NCBI GenBank assembly: GCA_000934665.2
Contig: JYFJ02001569.1
Location: 56,574 to 76,573 of the forward strand
Length of the DNA stretch: 20,000 bases
Reading direction: 5' to 3'
Origin: Catajapyx aquilonaris
Lineage: Eukaryota
Below, one piece after another: positions 1-9,230 of this stretch. The position numbers were made by a program, and so were the translations under genes. The notes under the pieces are model-generated. The model was not told the origin of the DNA, did not search any database, and saw nothing but the letters and a program-made list of their open reading frames with translations. Positions within the stretch are counted from its first letter, which is position 1, and each line of letters begins with the position of its first letter.

Positions 1-120
1 ATATGCTATATAGTCACTGGCCATTCGCAACTTCTTGACTTTCCACCTTTAAAAAAAGAAAATACAGTATAATTATATGGTTGTTTAATAGTTTATAACT
101 ATTTGCGACAATTATTTATA

Positions 121-697
121 CAGGGTGCTCAAAAACTCGCGGAAAGTCGCCAGGTAGCCTGATAGGACTCGCAAAACTAATATAGGGATGTGGAAGTAGT
201 TTTGGGCTAACTTGCATAGTTTTTGCGTACGACGCCCTTAAGATTTCGGAAGTTTAATGGCGTCACTTCCGCCTTGAGGCCCCATTGCATCATCATTACA
301 TGTTGTTGTGGCTGTTGCCATTGGCACTGATTATTGTTACGAATATTGTCAACTGTGATTGTTGAGAAATAAACAACGATGTCAGGGTGGCAACTTGTAT
401 CTTATGGCCAGAAAGCCTTTATTGTTGCCAGCCTGACATCGTTGTTTATTTCTCAACAATCACAGTTGACAATATTCGCAACAATAATCAGTGCCAATGG
501 CAACAGCCACAACAACATGTAATGATGACGCAATGGGGCCTCAAGGCGGAAGTGACGCCATTAAACTTCCGAAATCTTGAAGGCGTCGTACGCAAAAACT
601 ATGCAAGTTAGCCCAAAACTACTTCCACATCCCTATATTAGTTTTGCGAGTCCTATCAGGCTACCTGGCGACTTTCCGCGAGTTTTTGAGCACCCTG
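121..697. mobile_element. Foldback MITE, Tc1/mariner-type (TA TSD, CAGGGTG termini)
   Basis: Arms 121-394 and 424-697 (274 bp) are reverse complements with no indels and 5 mismatches counted by eye. The loop is 29 bp. TA at 119-120 and 698-699. Confidence 0.9.
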
Positions 698-1055
698 TAT
701 ATAGAAGCAAACATGGAGAATCTTCCGGATCGGTTAACTTTTTTGATCTGTTAATGATGCATGTAGTTCAGCCGTAGATAGAATTAAATTGTCCGCATAT
801 ACTCGTATAGCTAAGTGGCTAACGTATAGAGAAATGCTTTGCGATTTTATTTTTATGCCATCGCAATGGCATAAAATGGCATGTTATTATAAGCTTTCTA
901 AGGCCATGTGAAACTTGAAATATACGAAATACTCGTATAATTTCAGTTTGCAACACGTCAGTTGACTACATCACAATCTCTGAAATCAGCAGCCATCCTG
1001 GTTGAAATTCTAGAATTTTTCACTATTACCCTACATGGCTAACAGTGCTTACAGC

Positions 1056-1275
1056 CTAACTTCTCAAAAAAGGGACTCTAAGCCCTCCACTCCCCACAAG
1101 ACGCCCTATAAGCGATCTGATTGGTGGAGCCAAGGTCGCTAGGGCCCCTGATCCACCAATCAGATCGGTGGGTACAATGCCGTACAAAAGAAATGCCACT
1201 TTTGAAATTCTGCCGGGTATGGCTTAACCACAGAGGTCGCAATATTGAGGACATGCCTATCTTTTGAGAAGTCAG
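1056..1275. repeat. Small degenerate inverted-repeat element with internal hairpin
   Basis: ACTTCTCAAAA (1059-1069) pairs with TTTTGAGAAGT (1262-1272). Internal perfect 16-bp inverted repeat CGATCTGATTGGTGGA (1113-1128) / TCCACCAATCAGATCG (1152-1167). No TSD found. Confidence 0.4.
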
Positions 1276-1819
1276 TCGGCCAAGCAAAGTCGGTGACCAA
1301 CCCTATATACCTGGTGCAACTTATTTATGTTTGTTTTGATGGCACATAAGGCTTATTCTCACAACGACCTTTGGCCAGGGAATTCCTGGAGCTCTGCTGA
1401 TGCGTATAAAGGCAAGAAATATCACGGCCAAAGGTTGCCAGTGCATGTGAATGCCCCTTATACATGGCTTGTTTTGTGTACTTTTTAAGACTTTATTTTC
1501 AGGACCATGCTTCTTTCAGACAAGTGCAATTTTCGGCAATTTTCAAGTAACTGATGATGGCCTTATGGTATCACCCGATGGGTGTGTATGTTCGCCTCAC
1601 ATGACGTTTTTGGATGCAATCTTGAGAAGGCTACTATGACTGTGGAATTACGGTGTGTTATTGACAGATTGAGAATAAGTTACTGTAAGAATTATAATAT
1701 GATAAAGATCATTGTTACGTCATTTTCTCTATTCGTATAGTTGCCTGATGAGGATAAAGCCTGCAGTCAAAACCTAAGACAGCAAGAAAAAGAAGAACAG
1801 CTATTTTCATCGACTGTAA

Positions 1820-2072
1820 TGAAGACCTCTGAGGAAGAACGATCAAGGTACACACGTCAACTTTTTCTCAAAAACGAGTTACACATCTCATAAGATAGTT
1901 TCACTAGCGCAGAATATGTGGAGTATAGGCCTAATGATCATAAGTTTAGGTCACTATATGGAAGGCCTCGAAGGTGGGATTTACAATAGAACATGGGCCT
2001 TCGAAATTTGAAATGGCAATATCTCAGTTTCACATGAGGTAGACCTTGATCGTTCTTCCCCCGAGGTCTTCA
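1820..2072. mobile_element. MITE, PIF/Harbinger (Tourist)-like
   Basis: 30-bp TIR TGAAGACCTCTGAGGAAGAACGATCAAGGT (1820-1849) versus 2043-2072, 2 mismatches. 3-bp TSD TAA at 1817-1819 and 2073-2075. Confidence 0.8.
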
Positions 2073-2095
2073 TAATATATAATGTAACAAATACT

Positions 2096-2740
2096 TGGTG
2101 GGGCCAAGTTAATTCTGGTCACTATATGACAGTATAGCATCAAGTATTTTAAAATTTCAGCTGAGCCTATATATCGTTTGTGACCGACTTGTGCTAATTT
2201 GTGCCTCCAATATGACTGTTTGTGTTGGCCTTAGTTTCAAAATCGCGAGTTCAATTAGGCTGTAGTCTACCTAATAGGCCTATACTCAGTAAGCAGCGAC
2301 TAAAGCGGCAGTTAAAGCAACTTTCTAAAAAAAATGCAAATAAAACGTGAAACTTGTGCCAATAAAAGTTAATATTGGTTTTTTTACGTATACAGCCTGC
2401 GTTTTATATGACGGTATAATATACAAGTAACGGTATATAATATACAAGTAATCGTGGTTTTCAAGGTCCATGTAGCGCAATAAAAGTTTGTGAAGGTTTA
2501 TAGCTGTTTATTAGAAAATTGCTTCTTACAGCCAATTAGCTGCTGTTTTAGTAGCTGTCTATACTGAATAAATATTAGGTGCAGCCTAATTGAAATCGCG
2601 ATAAATTTGCCGGAAACTAAACCGCAGAACAAACGACATATTCGGGCACAAATGAGCACAAGCCGGGCACAAAGAATAGGCGCAGTTGAAATTCGTAATA
2701 CTAGTGATGTATAGTGACCAGAGTTAACTTGGCCCCATCA
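2096..2740. mobile_element. Old foldback/MITE with long degenerate arms
   Basis: Terminal ~31 bp TGGTGGGGCCAAGTTAATTCTGGTCACTATA matches the reverse complement of 2710-2740. Patchy complementarity continues for about 250 bp (TTTGTGACCGACTTGTGCTAATTTGTGC vs GCACAAATGAGCACAAGCCGGGCACAAA). Central ~20-bp tandem duplication at 2411-2451. TSD unclear. Confidence 0.7.
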
Positions 2741-3855
2741 TAAAATTGACCTCGCTGTATCCATCCTGTAGCTCAGTCGGGAACGGTTGCAGTACAAATC
2801 TCTATCTTCGGGCACAAATCAGCACAAACGGGGCATTGCTGAAAATTTGAAATTCGCTTTATTGCAAAAGAGTTAACCCGTCAAATTAAAAGTGCTATAT
2901 AGCATGGAAACCAAGCCATCAGCACAAACCTGAAATTCAGTCCACCTTCCCCCATAATTTACCTTGGTCAAGCAGCCTTCAAATGCATCTTCCAGTAAGT
3001 TAAGCCAAAATTATGGCTCATTTTCACAACCATTTTTACAAACTAGCTTCAAAACCATTGAGGGGGAGATATAAGGATAATCGGGACTTCTTTGAGTTCC
3101 AACTCTGGCCGAAAGAGGAGACAGTATCCCACCCTCGCTACACGAATAAAGAAAGGTCGCGTTTGCGGTTGATCATTCCCTCTAGGCACAATAAAAACCG
3201 TGAAAATTAGGGTTCCTCCAACTTCTAGTCTCAAATCAGGCAAATTTTGACAAAATTATTATTTGCCGAAAGGTTATAGCTAAATATAAAAATCGGCTTC
3301 ACGGGTCCGCGGAGCACCTCATTTTTTCGCATTTTTGGGTGCTTGTTACGACATCACTTAAAATTTTACGACGGCGTAATTTACTCCCGAATGCAAATGA
3401 CTTTTTAAAATACCACATTAAGAATATGGGAAAGTACATCACACATGTGTAAGAGAGAGGTCAGTTACACTTACACAAAAAAAATCGGTTCTGCTGTTGT
3501 TAGTTAGCGAGAACTTTACTCCCAAATTATCTTTATCCCCCTCCCTCCCCNCCCCCCCCCGTAGTCAAAATCAAGGGTTTTGTAAAAAAAATCGCAAAAA
3601 AAACCATTAGTGACAAGAAGTTGGGACTTCATTTTCATGAATGTAGTTACAATACTACATAAGTCGAAGACCTATTAGCGCCTATAATCGAGTTCGAATC
3701 ACGTTCGTGTGTCGAAGGGCTGCCAGGGCCGCGTGACGTCACGCCACTGCGGGCACGATTTAGGGCGCTGGGGTCAACCTACAACCTTCAGATTTGACCT
3801 GAGGCTTTCTTGAGCATGTAGTTTTCGCTTGACCTAGAATTATAATTTTTGAAAG

Positions 3856-3856
<1 letters not shown>

Positions 3857-3903
<47 letters not shown>

Positions 3904-3919
3904 TATCATCATCATATTA

Positions 3920-3976
<57 letters not shown>

Positions 3977-4013
3977 GCATATTTATTATTATTATTATTG
4001 ATATTATTATTAT
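3857..4013. repeat. Compound microsatellite (ATC)n followed by (ATT)n
   Basis: Directly visible: (ATC)n 3857-3915, then an interrupted (TTA)n to about 4013. Confidence 0.95.
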
Positions 4014-4181
4014 GAAAGAATATGGCATGTTTTGTTATGAATGTTTTTTTCTGAAGGTAAACTCTGACTTAGTCGATTGTGACCTTCGGAACAATTAATC
4101 GGACAAAACTGATTACATTTTGTGACCTACAAATTGACTTGCACGAACTTGCCCAGCAGACACCTTGTTACTGCAATGTGT

Positions 4182-4885
4182 TCAGTCATTCGGCTGAGTG
4201 AAAGCATATGTCGTGTGATCATGATCTTTCTGGCTTTGTTTTGATAAGGCTATTGAGCCATCATGTGTACCAAATTGTACACAACAGAGGTGTTGAAAAA
4301 ATACTGTTGTCCACTTATGTGTCAACATATGATGTTGACCGTTCGCCAATATTAGGTTTACACCACAATCAATGGGCCACATGCCCGTCAGGGATGTAAA
4401 TATTGCGTTGTAGGCAATCTGTCCATTATGAACGGTTGCAACTGTGAAACACGATCCGTAGACCTCCTTGAACCGGCAAACGAATTTAATTTTCCATAAC
4501 ATAATTTTCAGTCAGATTCCCATTCTCTGTTAACATCTTGGTTAACACATTACCTGCAGGACACGCTCCCAGGATCAATCAGTCCAGATGGTGAATTCAA
4601 CTGGTAGCCCAAGATCCTTATAGGCAAGCCCACACTCAATTGCTATTTCTCAATCATAGAGTGTATCGGAAAGTGCTTGTTGGTGCGAATGCACCTGTAA
4701 GCCTGGCCCCTGTGAGGGATCTGGGGGTACCAGTGACCAATTAACTTCTCCAGAAGCTTCTGCTTCATGAGTTGTTTAAACATGGCTCGTACGACAACGT
4801 CGCCTTCTTCCTCACCCTTGAAACAACCATTCTTGACGATCATACGGTATAAAAATTCCACCCCAGAAGTTATCTCTGCCTTTAT
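4182..4885 (-). pseudogene. Btg: BTG/Tob family (BTG3/BTG4-like) unprocessed pseudogene, 2 exons (4885-4554, 4473-~4182)
   Basis: Reconstructed minus-strand translation IKAEITSGVEFLYRMIVK...GHWYPQIPHRGQAYRCIRTNK...IAIECGLAYKDLGLPVEFTIW-IDPGSVSCR|FKEVYGSCFTVA contains BTG box A (HWYP..P..GQAYRCIR) and box B (LGLP.E.T.W.DP..V.CR). Lesions: ATA where ATG is expected (4885-4883), -1 frameshift at about 4647, 4-nt insertion 4583-4580, and an 80-bp intron 4553-4474 with GTAATG donor but CG instead of AG at the acceptor. The 3' end is uncertain. Confidence 0.85.
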
Positions 4886-5452
4886 AGTCGGATGTTCAGG
4901 TGGGTCAAGGGAGACAGAGTGTTGAGATGCGCTGTCCTCCTCCTACTAGAAAATTAAACATATACGTACTTGGAGTGCTGGGCCTACTAAAATGGTAAAC
5001 CTCAGACAATGCATGCAATAAAGTATACCTACACAGACCAAAACAGAGCCTGAGCCAGATGCGACGTTGTCGATAGTGTGCAGAGCAATGTGTGAAACCT
5101 TGAAGGGAGGATATGATGATGTCATAAGATTGCACCTCTTGTTCTTATTAGCACAACCATGGTTATTCCCATTCTCCGTAGCAGTTGAAAATACACTTAA
5201 TTTCTCTCAAAACATATAATTTCTTCATCATTTATATTGAAGAAGAAAAAAAGCGAGTAAAATTCCCGCGTTGGAGATGACTGTTTTTTTTTTTTCTTTC
5301 AACTTCACATTGCCATATTGGTGCAATGATTTATATCAAGGCCCTGCTGAAGTGTGAGAAATATCCACTATTTTAGCAAGACACGTTTACAAAAATGTAT
5401 ACTGTATAGAACAGCTCATCAATGTCAAAGTATTAGGTATACTCGGGGTAGT

Positions 5453-6192
5453 TCATCCCTTCCTGTCCACAATTTTATTGAGCAAGAATCTGCACAAATC
5501 CTGAATCTTCGGGTTCGTCATGTCAAAAATTAATATCCTGGAGTATGGACTGCCTGGAGGAGTCCTGGAACTCCCTGTAGACATCTGGGATAAGGAGGTC
5601 AGTATAATAGAGGCTCTTCACACGTGCTGGGGGTCATCGGATCCGTAGCATTCCTGACATGTGAGAGACAAACACAGGAAGTGACGTTCTCTTGTCATAT
5701 ATGTGTCCAGAAGTCATTTAGGGGAAGAAGTGTCGTGCCTGTACCTCTAGGACCGTCCTCTGGTCGTGGTCCGCGTGCTTGAGGGCAGTGACCGTCACCC
5801 AGGAGCACTTCCCTCCTGGATGTCCGTCCCCACCGTCCCCGCATGACCTCGGGGTCGCCGTAGCAGTCCAAGTCAAGTATAGTCGTCCTGGACTTTGAAG
5901 AGGTGGCCAATCTTCAAAAGGACGTCCTCCACCTCGGAGTGACTTTCCTGATCAGACATGCCGGCCTGTGACGACAACAACCTAAAGGATAGGATGGGAT
6001 AGGACACTATATGTTACCATACACCCAACAGGTGCCGGAGGGAGAGGGTGGCACACCATTGTTGGCTCGGATGACTCACCGCATGATCATGATGGCTAGT
6101 CTGGCTGGACCGTAGAAGCAATAGTTCGAGGTCTTGTATTTGACTATTGTTGCGTATCTCTCTTCAGTGAAGAGGTTGAGCCGGTTGAGCCT
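5453..6192 (-). pseudogene. Fpps: Farnesyl diphosphate synthase / trans-isoprenyl diphosphate synthase-like pseudogene, C-terminal half, 3 exons (~6192-6080, 5965-5745, 5653-5453)
   Basis: Minus-strand pieces LNLFTEERYATIVKYKTSNYCFYGPARLA.. | AGMSDQESHSEVEDVLLKIGHLFKVQDDY/LDCYGDPEV/GTDIQEG/KCSWVTVTALKHADHDQRTVLE | ECYGSDDPQHV/VKSLY..DLLIPDVYREFQDSS../FLLNKIVDRKG* match FPPS hallmarks (IVKYKT, second Asp-rich motif QDDYLD, GDP..GTDIQ..KCSW, basic C-terminus). GT-AG introns at 6079-5966 and 5744-5654. Several frameshifts, and the N-terminal half is absent. Confidence 0.88.
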
Positions 6193-6383
6193 CATAATGA
6201 AATATGCTATTGTTAGATATCCGATGAAGGTATGCATTATTTTTCACATTTTACTTTTCCATGCAAAATTTTAACCGATTTGAAAATAGTTCGGTCAAAA
6301 ATGATCAGTCCGTCTTTATTATTATTATTTTCTTTATTTCACCATTAGCTCTTGATTTCACACATCAGTGTGGAAACCAAAAG

Positions 6384-6460
6384 TGCGGAGAGTTTCAATA
6401 GATTCTCTCCATGTTCATGTGGGTTTTCTTAGGGTTCTCTCATTTCCTCCTACAATCAAC
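6384..6460 (+). mobile_element. Degenerate SINE core fragment (V-domain-like)
   Basis: TTCTCTCCATGTTCATGTGGGTTTTCTTAGGGTTCTCTCATTTCCTCCTACA resembles the V-SINE core as I recall it (TTCTCCCCGTGTCTGCGTGGGTTTCCTCCGGGTGCTCCGGTTTCCTCCCACA). No Pol III head is visible. Confidence 0.4.
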
Positions 6461-6743
6461 ATCCATCAGAAGTACTGTTCCAGCACCAGCATACATTTTC
6501 TTAAAACCATATTGTTTGTACTAAATGTAAGCCAAGCATCGTTGAAGTTCTACATATCTTGCATGCTTTGGCCACGATTCTACGACATTTTAAATAGAAA
6601 CGAGCTCGAGTGAATCCATATTGCTACTATGAGTGACATTTTGTACCAACCAGGAGCTGAACATATACGGTAACCTTTCGCGTGACATGAAATATCATGT
6701 CATCTTTGTTGCAGAGTGGCCTGCACACAAGTTGCACCCAAGG

Positions 6744-6829
6744 AACAGTGAATAGGCCGCTCGTGACGACAACACTTTTTTCCCGCGCATCGAGTATTGC
6801 GCTTCCTGGCCTGCGGCCTATTCACTGTT
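6744..6829. repeat. Perfect 17-bp inverted repeat with 52-bp spacer
   Basis: AACAGTGAATAGGCCGC (6744-6760) / GCGGCCTATTCACTGTT (6813-6829). Confidence 0.75.
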
Positions 6830-7283
6830 TGATTATTAATTATTTAAAATTTTAGCCACAATTTCCCATAGGCTTTATGACTAGCCAGGCAGTTTGGGTC
6901 TCCTCTTGTGGAACCTTCTCCAACTACCCGTCTGCGGCATTAATGGAAAAATCAGATTGTTTACTCTTCGGACTAAAATTCTGCAGAATTTTAGTCAACT
7001 GATGCACCATCAAGTGAGCCTGTACAGCGACATTTCATTTCCCCCACATTTTTTGATACAGAAATTGTGACAAAATATGTGAAAATTTCCACATATTTTG
7101 TCACAATTTGTCACAATTTTGTTTACTCTTCGGACTAAAATTCTGCAGTAAACAATCTGATTTTTCCCTAATTGCCGCAGACGGGTAGTTGGAGAAGGTT
7201 CAACAAGTGGAGACCCAAACTGCCTGGCTAGTCATAAAGCCTATGGGAAATTGTGGCTAAGATTTTAAATAATTCATAATCAA
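6829..7283. mobile_element. Foldback element with rearranged centre
   Basis: 137-bp arms 6829-6965 and 7147-7283 are colinear with few mismatches. The interior holds a 30-bp direct repeat (6957-6986, 7119-7148) and two short palindromes. Superfamily not assignable. Confidence 0.8.
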
Positions 7284-8071
7284 TCATGATCATAATCATT
7301 AAAATGTGGTGCATCCACACTACATACCAGGGTCATGACCCTGGGGTATGTAATATCTTATGTAGTAGTGGTACGCCTACACCTCTATGAATTATGTTCG
7401 TTTAATTGTAATTATTGCAGAAGAACAACCCAGATATCTTTGTATTCAGTTATCTTTGGTTGCACCAGCACCACGGTTGCACATCGCCACATCCTCCACT
7501 CCTGGTAGTGTACTCCATAGCCACACATGGCAGCACCGTGTGACTGTATCAGAGCCTATCAAATACAGTCCACTTCCGCTCCGGCTTATGAGGCGCCACC
7601 TGCATCTAGCGGCAAATGGCCCAAAACGCACCTGTCCGCCATCTATGAGTCGGAATGCCAAGCAGCTGGGGGGCCGCTCTGGATCTGAAAAAGCTTTGCC
7701 GGTGCTGGGAAATAGGTGATCGTGACGCGAAGAGCAAGGAGGGCCGGAACAAAAGGGAGAACTGAGAAGCAAGAGCGACGCCGCCCGCGGCACCTTGCTC
7801 CCTCCTTCGTCTGCCCACCCCCTGTCTGCCTCCCCCAGTCCTCCGCTGCTGCTACCCCACAGTTGTAGGTCTCCCACTGGCTCAGCTCTGCCCAATGCAT
7901 ACCAGACTTATCAGGTCTCATCTCCACCCTTAATCCACCTTCCTCACAAAGGAAGACCTCCGCCATGGTCACCCTATGGGACAACTAATGAGAGGGTGGG
8001 TATCTTGTCTTTCTTGCATTTGCACCTGTTGGAGTGTTGTCATTAATTGAGGTTTGTTTTGCTTGCAGAAT

Positions 8072-8162
8072 ATGGGGGGCAGGTGCAGGTGGAGCCGGTT
8101 GGCTCAATGCCTGGTGTGGATAGTGTGGTTGGTAACTGGAGGACATGGAGAGGAGATTACAG
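8072..8162 (+). CDS. ihog: Ihog/Boi (CDON/BOC)-like receptor, first coding exon (signal peptide)
   Basis: Acceptor TTTGTTTTGCTTGCAG ends at 8068 and ATG is at 8072. MGGRCRWSRLAQCLVWIVWLVTGGHG-EEIT has a basic n-region, hydrophobic core and G-H-G cleavage-like site. Donor AG|GTTGGT at 8163 is phase 1, matching the phase-1 acceptor at 8754. Confidence 0.68.
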
Positions 8163-8753
8163 GTTGGTTTGGGACTTGTGGCATGGACCTGTGTAGTGTG
8201 TCAGTCAAGATTGCAGTGGTTATTTTGGGATTACTGTCGTGACTAAGTGACACCACCTTTATGATTGGTTACAGCGGTCTGTTCCAATGTAATGTCCAAA
8301 CTGTAACAGCAATCTTGAATAAGACAGACCATGGTGTTGGTTTTTGTGTTGACACCATGTCACTTGGATGGTAGCAGAATACTTTGAAGGTCTTTTATAC
8401 TATAGGCATCTCCTAAATGGTGCACATAGCAATGACATTTCTTTGTGAATTCTCAGCAGTGTATTGGGGTGAACATTGCACCAAAATTGACCACATTGAC
8501 TGGAATGCAAAGGTGGATTTAGCATTGAAAATATTTTCAAATATTTGAGTGTACTGTAGCATTTCATGCAGCCTTTCTAAGGGCAGTTGCATTAGAGGGG
8601 CTAATGCACTCTAGCTCGATCCCCAGTGAGGGTACATGACATTGTTACCATGCCTCGAGTCATCTAGTTTTTTTTGTATCAAAGCCTCTTTTGTGATCAT
8701 TCCAGTTTATACAAAGTGATGAGGTGGTATTATTTTGTTACTCGTCATTGCAG

Positions 8754-9007
8754 GAAGCTTGTGGTTTGTGAAGAGCCCACAGTCAGTGGTGGCCAAGCGG
8801 GGTGACAAAGTGGAATTTGAGTGTTTGCCAAACCTGGTTGCAGAGAAAGTGCGATGGAAATTAAATGGCCGCTTCCTCCCCTTGGACGATGAGAACAGGG
8901 AAAATGGCACTGACGCACTCTTCCAGTTCAAGCCGAAGAGTTGGAATCTTCTAGTGTATGTCAGTCGTGATCCAGAAGAATTCAGGCATCAATCTGGCGA
9001 ATACCAG
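8754..9007 (+). CDS. ihog: Ihog/Boi (CDON/BOC)-like receptor, coding exon 2 (most of Ig1)
   Basis: Acceptor TCATTGCAG ends at 8753. SLWFVKSPQSVVAKRGDKVEFEC...VRWKLNG...SGEYQ contains the Ig B-strand Cys and C-strand Trp. The exon ends at CAG|GCAAGT (GC donor, phase 0), and the F-strand Cys is supplied by the next exon. Confidence 0.9.
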
Positions 9008-9109
9008 GCAAGTTGGAAGGAATATAATTAACTCTTGTAGGTGACACGTGTAATGTAAATCATGATTAAGTGTGATGATACAAAATGTTTTCAAATTATT
9101 CTGGTTGAC

Positions 9110-9230
9110 TGTAAACTCGGTTCAAGTCTAGTTTAATCCCAGTTCAGAGAGTTAAATCCCAGTTCAGACACTCTGAACTAGGATTAAACCCTCTGAACTG
9201 GGATTAAACCGGACTTGAACTGAGTTTACA
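9110..9230. repeat. 121-bp hairpin built from 20-bp subrepeats
   Basis: TGTAAACTCGGTTCAAGTC.../...GACTTGAACTGAGTTTACA. Each arm carries two copies of a 20-bp unit (GTTTAATCCCAGTTCAGAGA-like), apex near 9170. Confidence 0.85.

Noticed and set aside
387..777. ORFs 387-611 and 577-777
   Set aside because: They lie largely in the arm of the palindromic MITE and show no protein motifs.
1741..1785. Hammerhead-ribozyme-like TTGC-CTGATGA...AAAAC...GCAA (also CTGATGATGGCC at 1551)
   Set aside because: The GAAA core reads AAAA, stem II does not pair and the NUH site is absent. At most a dead Penelope-type relic.
2769..2780. A-box-like TAGCTCAGTCGG suggesting a tRNA or SINE
   Set aside because: No B-box or cloverleaf follows.
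3537..3560. Poly-C tracts with an n (also 18966-18990) as G-quadruplex elements
   Set aside because: Homopolymers with ambiguous bases inside repeats. The length is unreliable and there is no evidence of function.
3013..3840. CpG-rich, TE-like stretch with short ORFs
   Set aside because: Probably repeat-derived, but I found no TIR pair, TSD or protein motif to support a call.
5695..5910. ORF-track 71-aa minus ORF as a standalone gene
   Set aside because: It is a mixed-frame read through the FPPS pseudogene. Only LDCYGDPEV is in the true frame.
7446..7984. Overlapping minus-strand ORFs of 70-149 aa
   Set aside because: No recognisable domains, and ORFs in several frames are expected in a locally GC-rich block.
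9131..9210. 20-bp repeated units as a CRISPR-like array
   Set aside because: Units are contiguous and inverted with no spacers, and the context is a eukaryotic intron.
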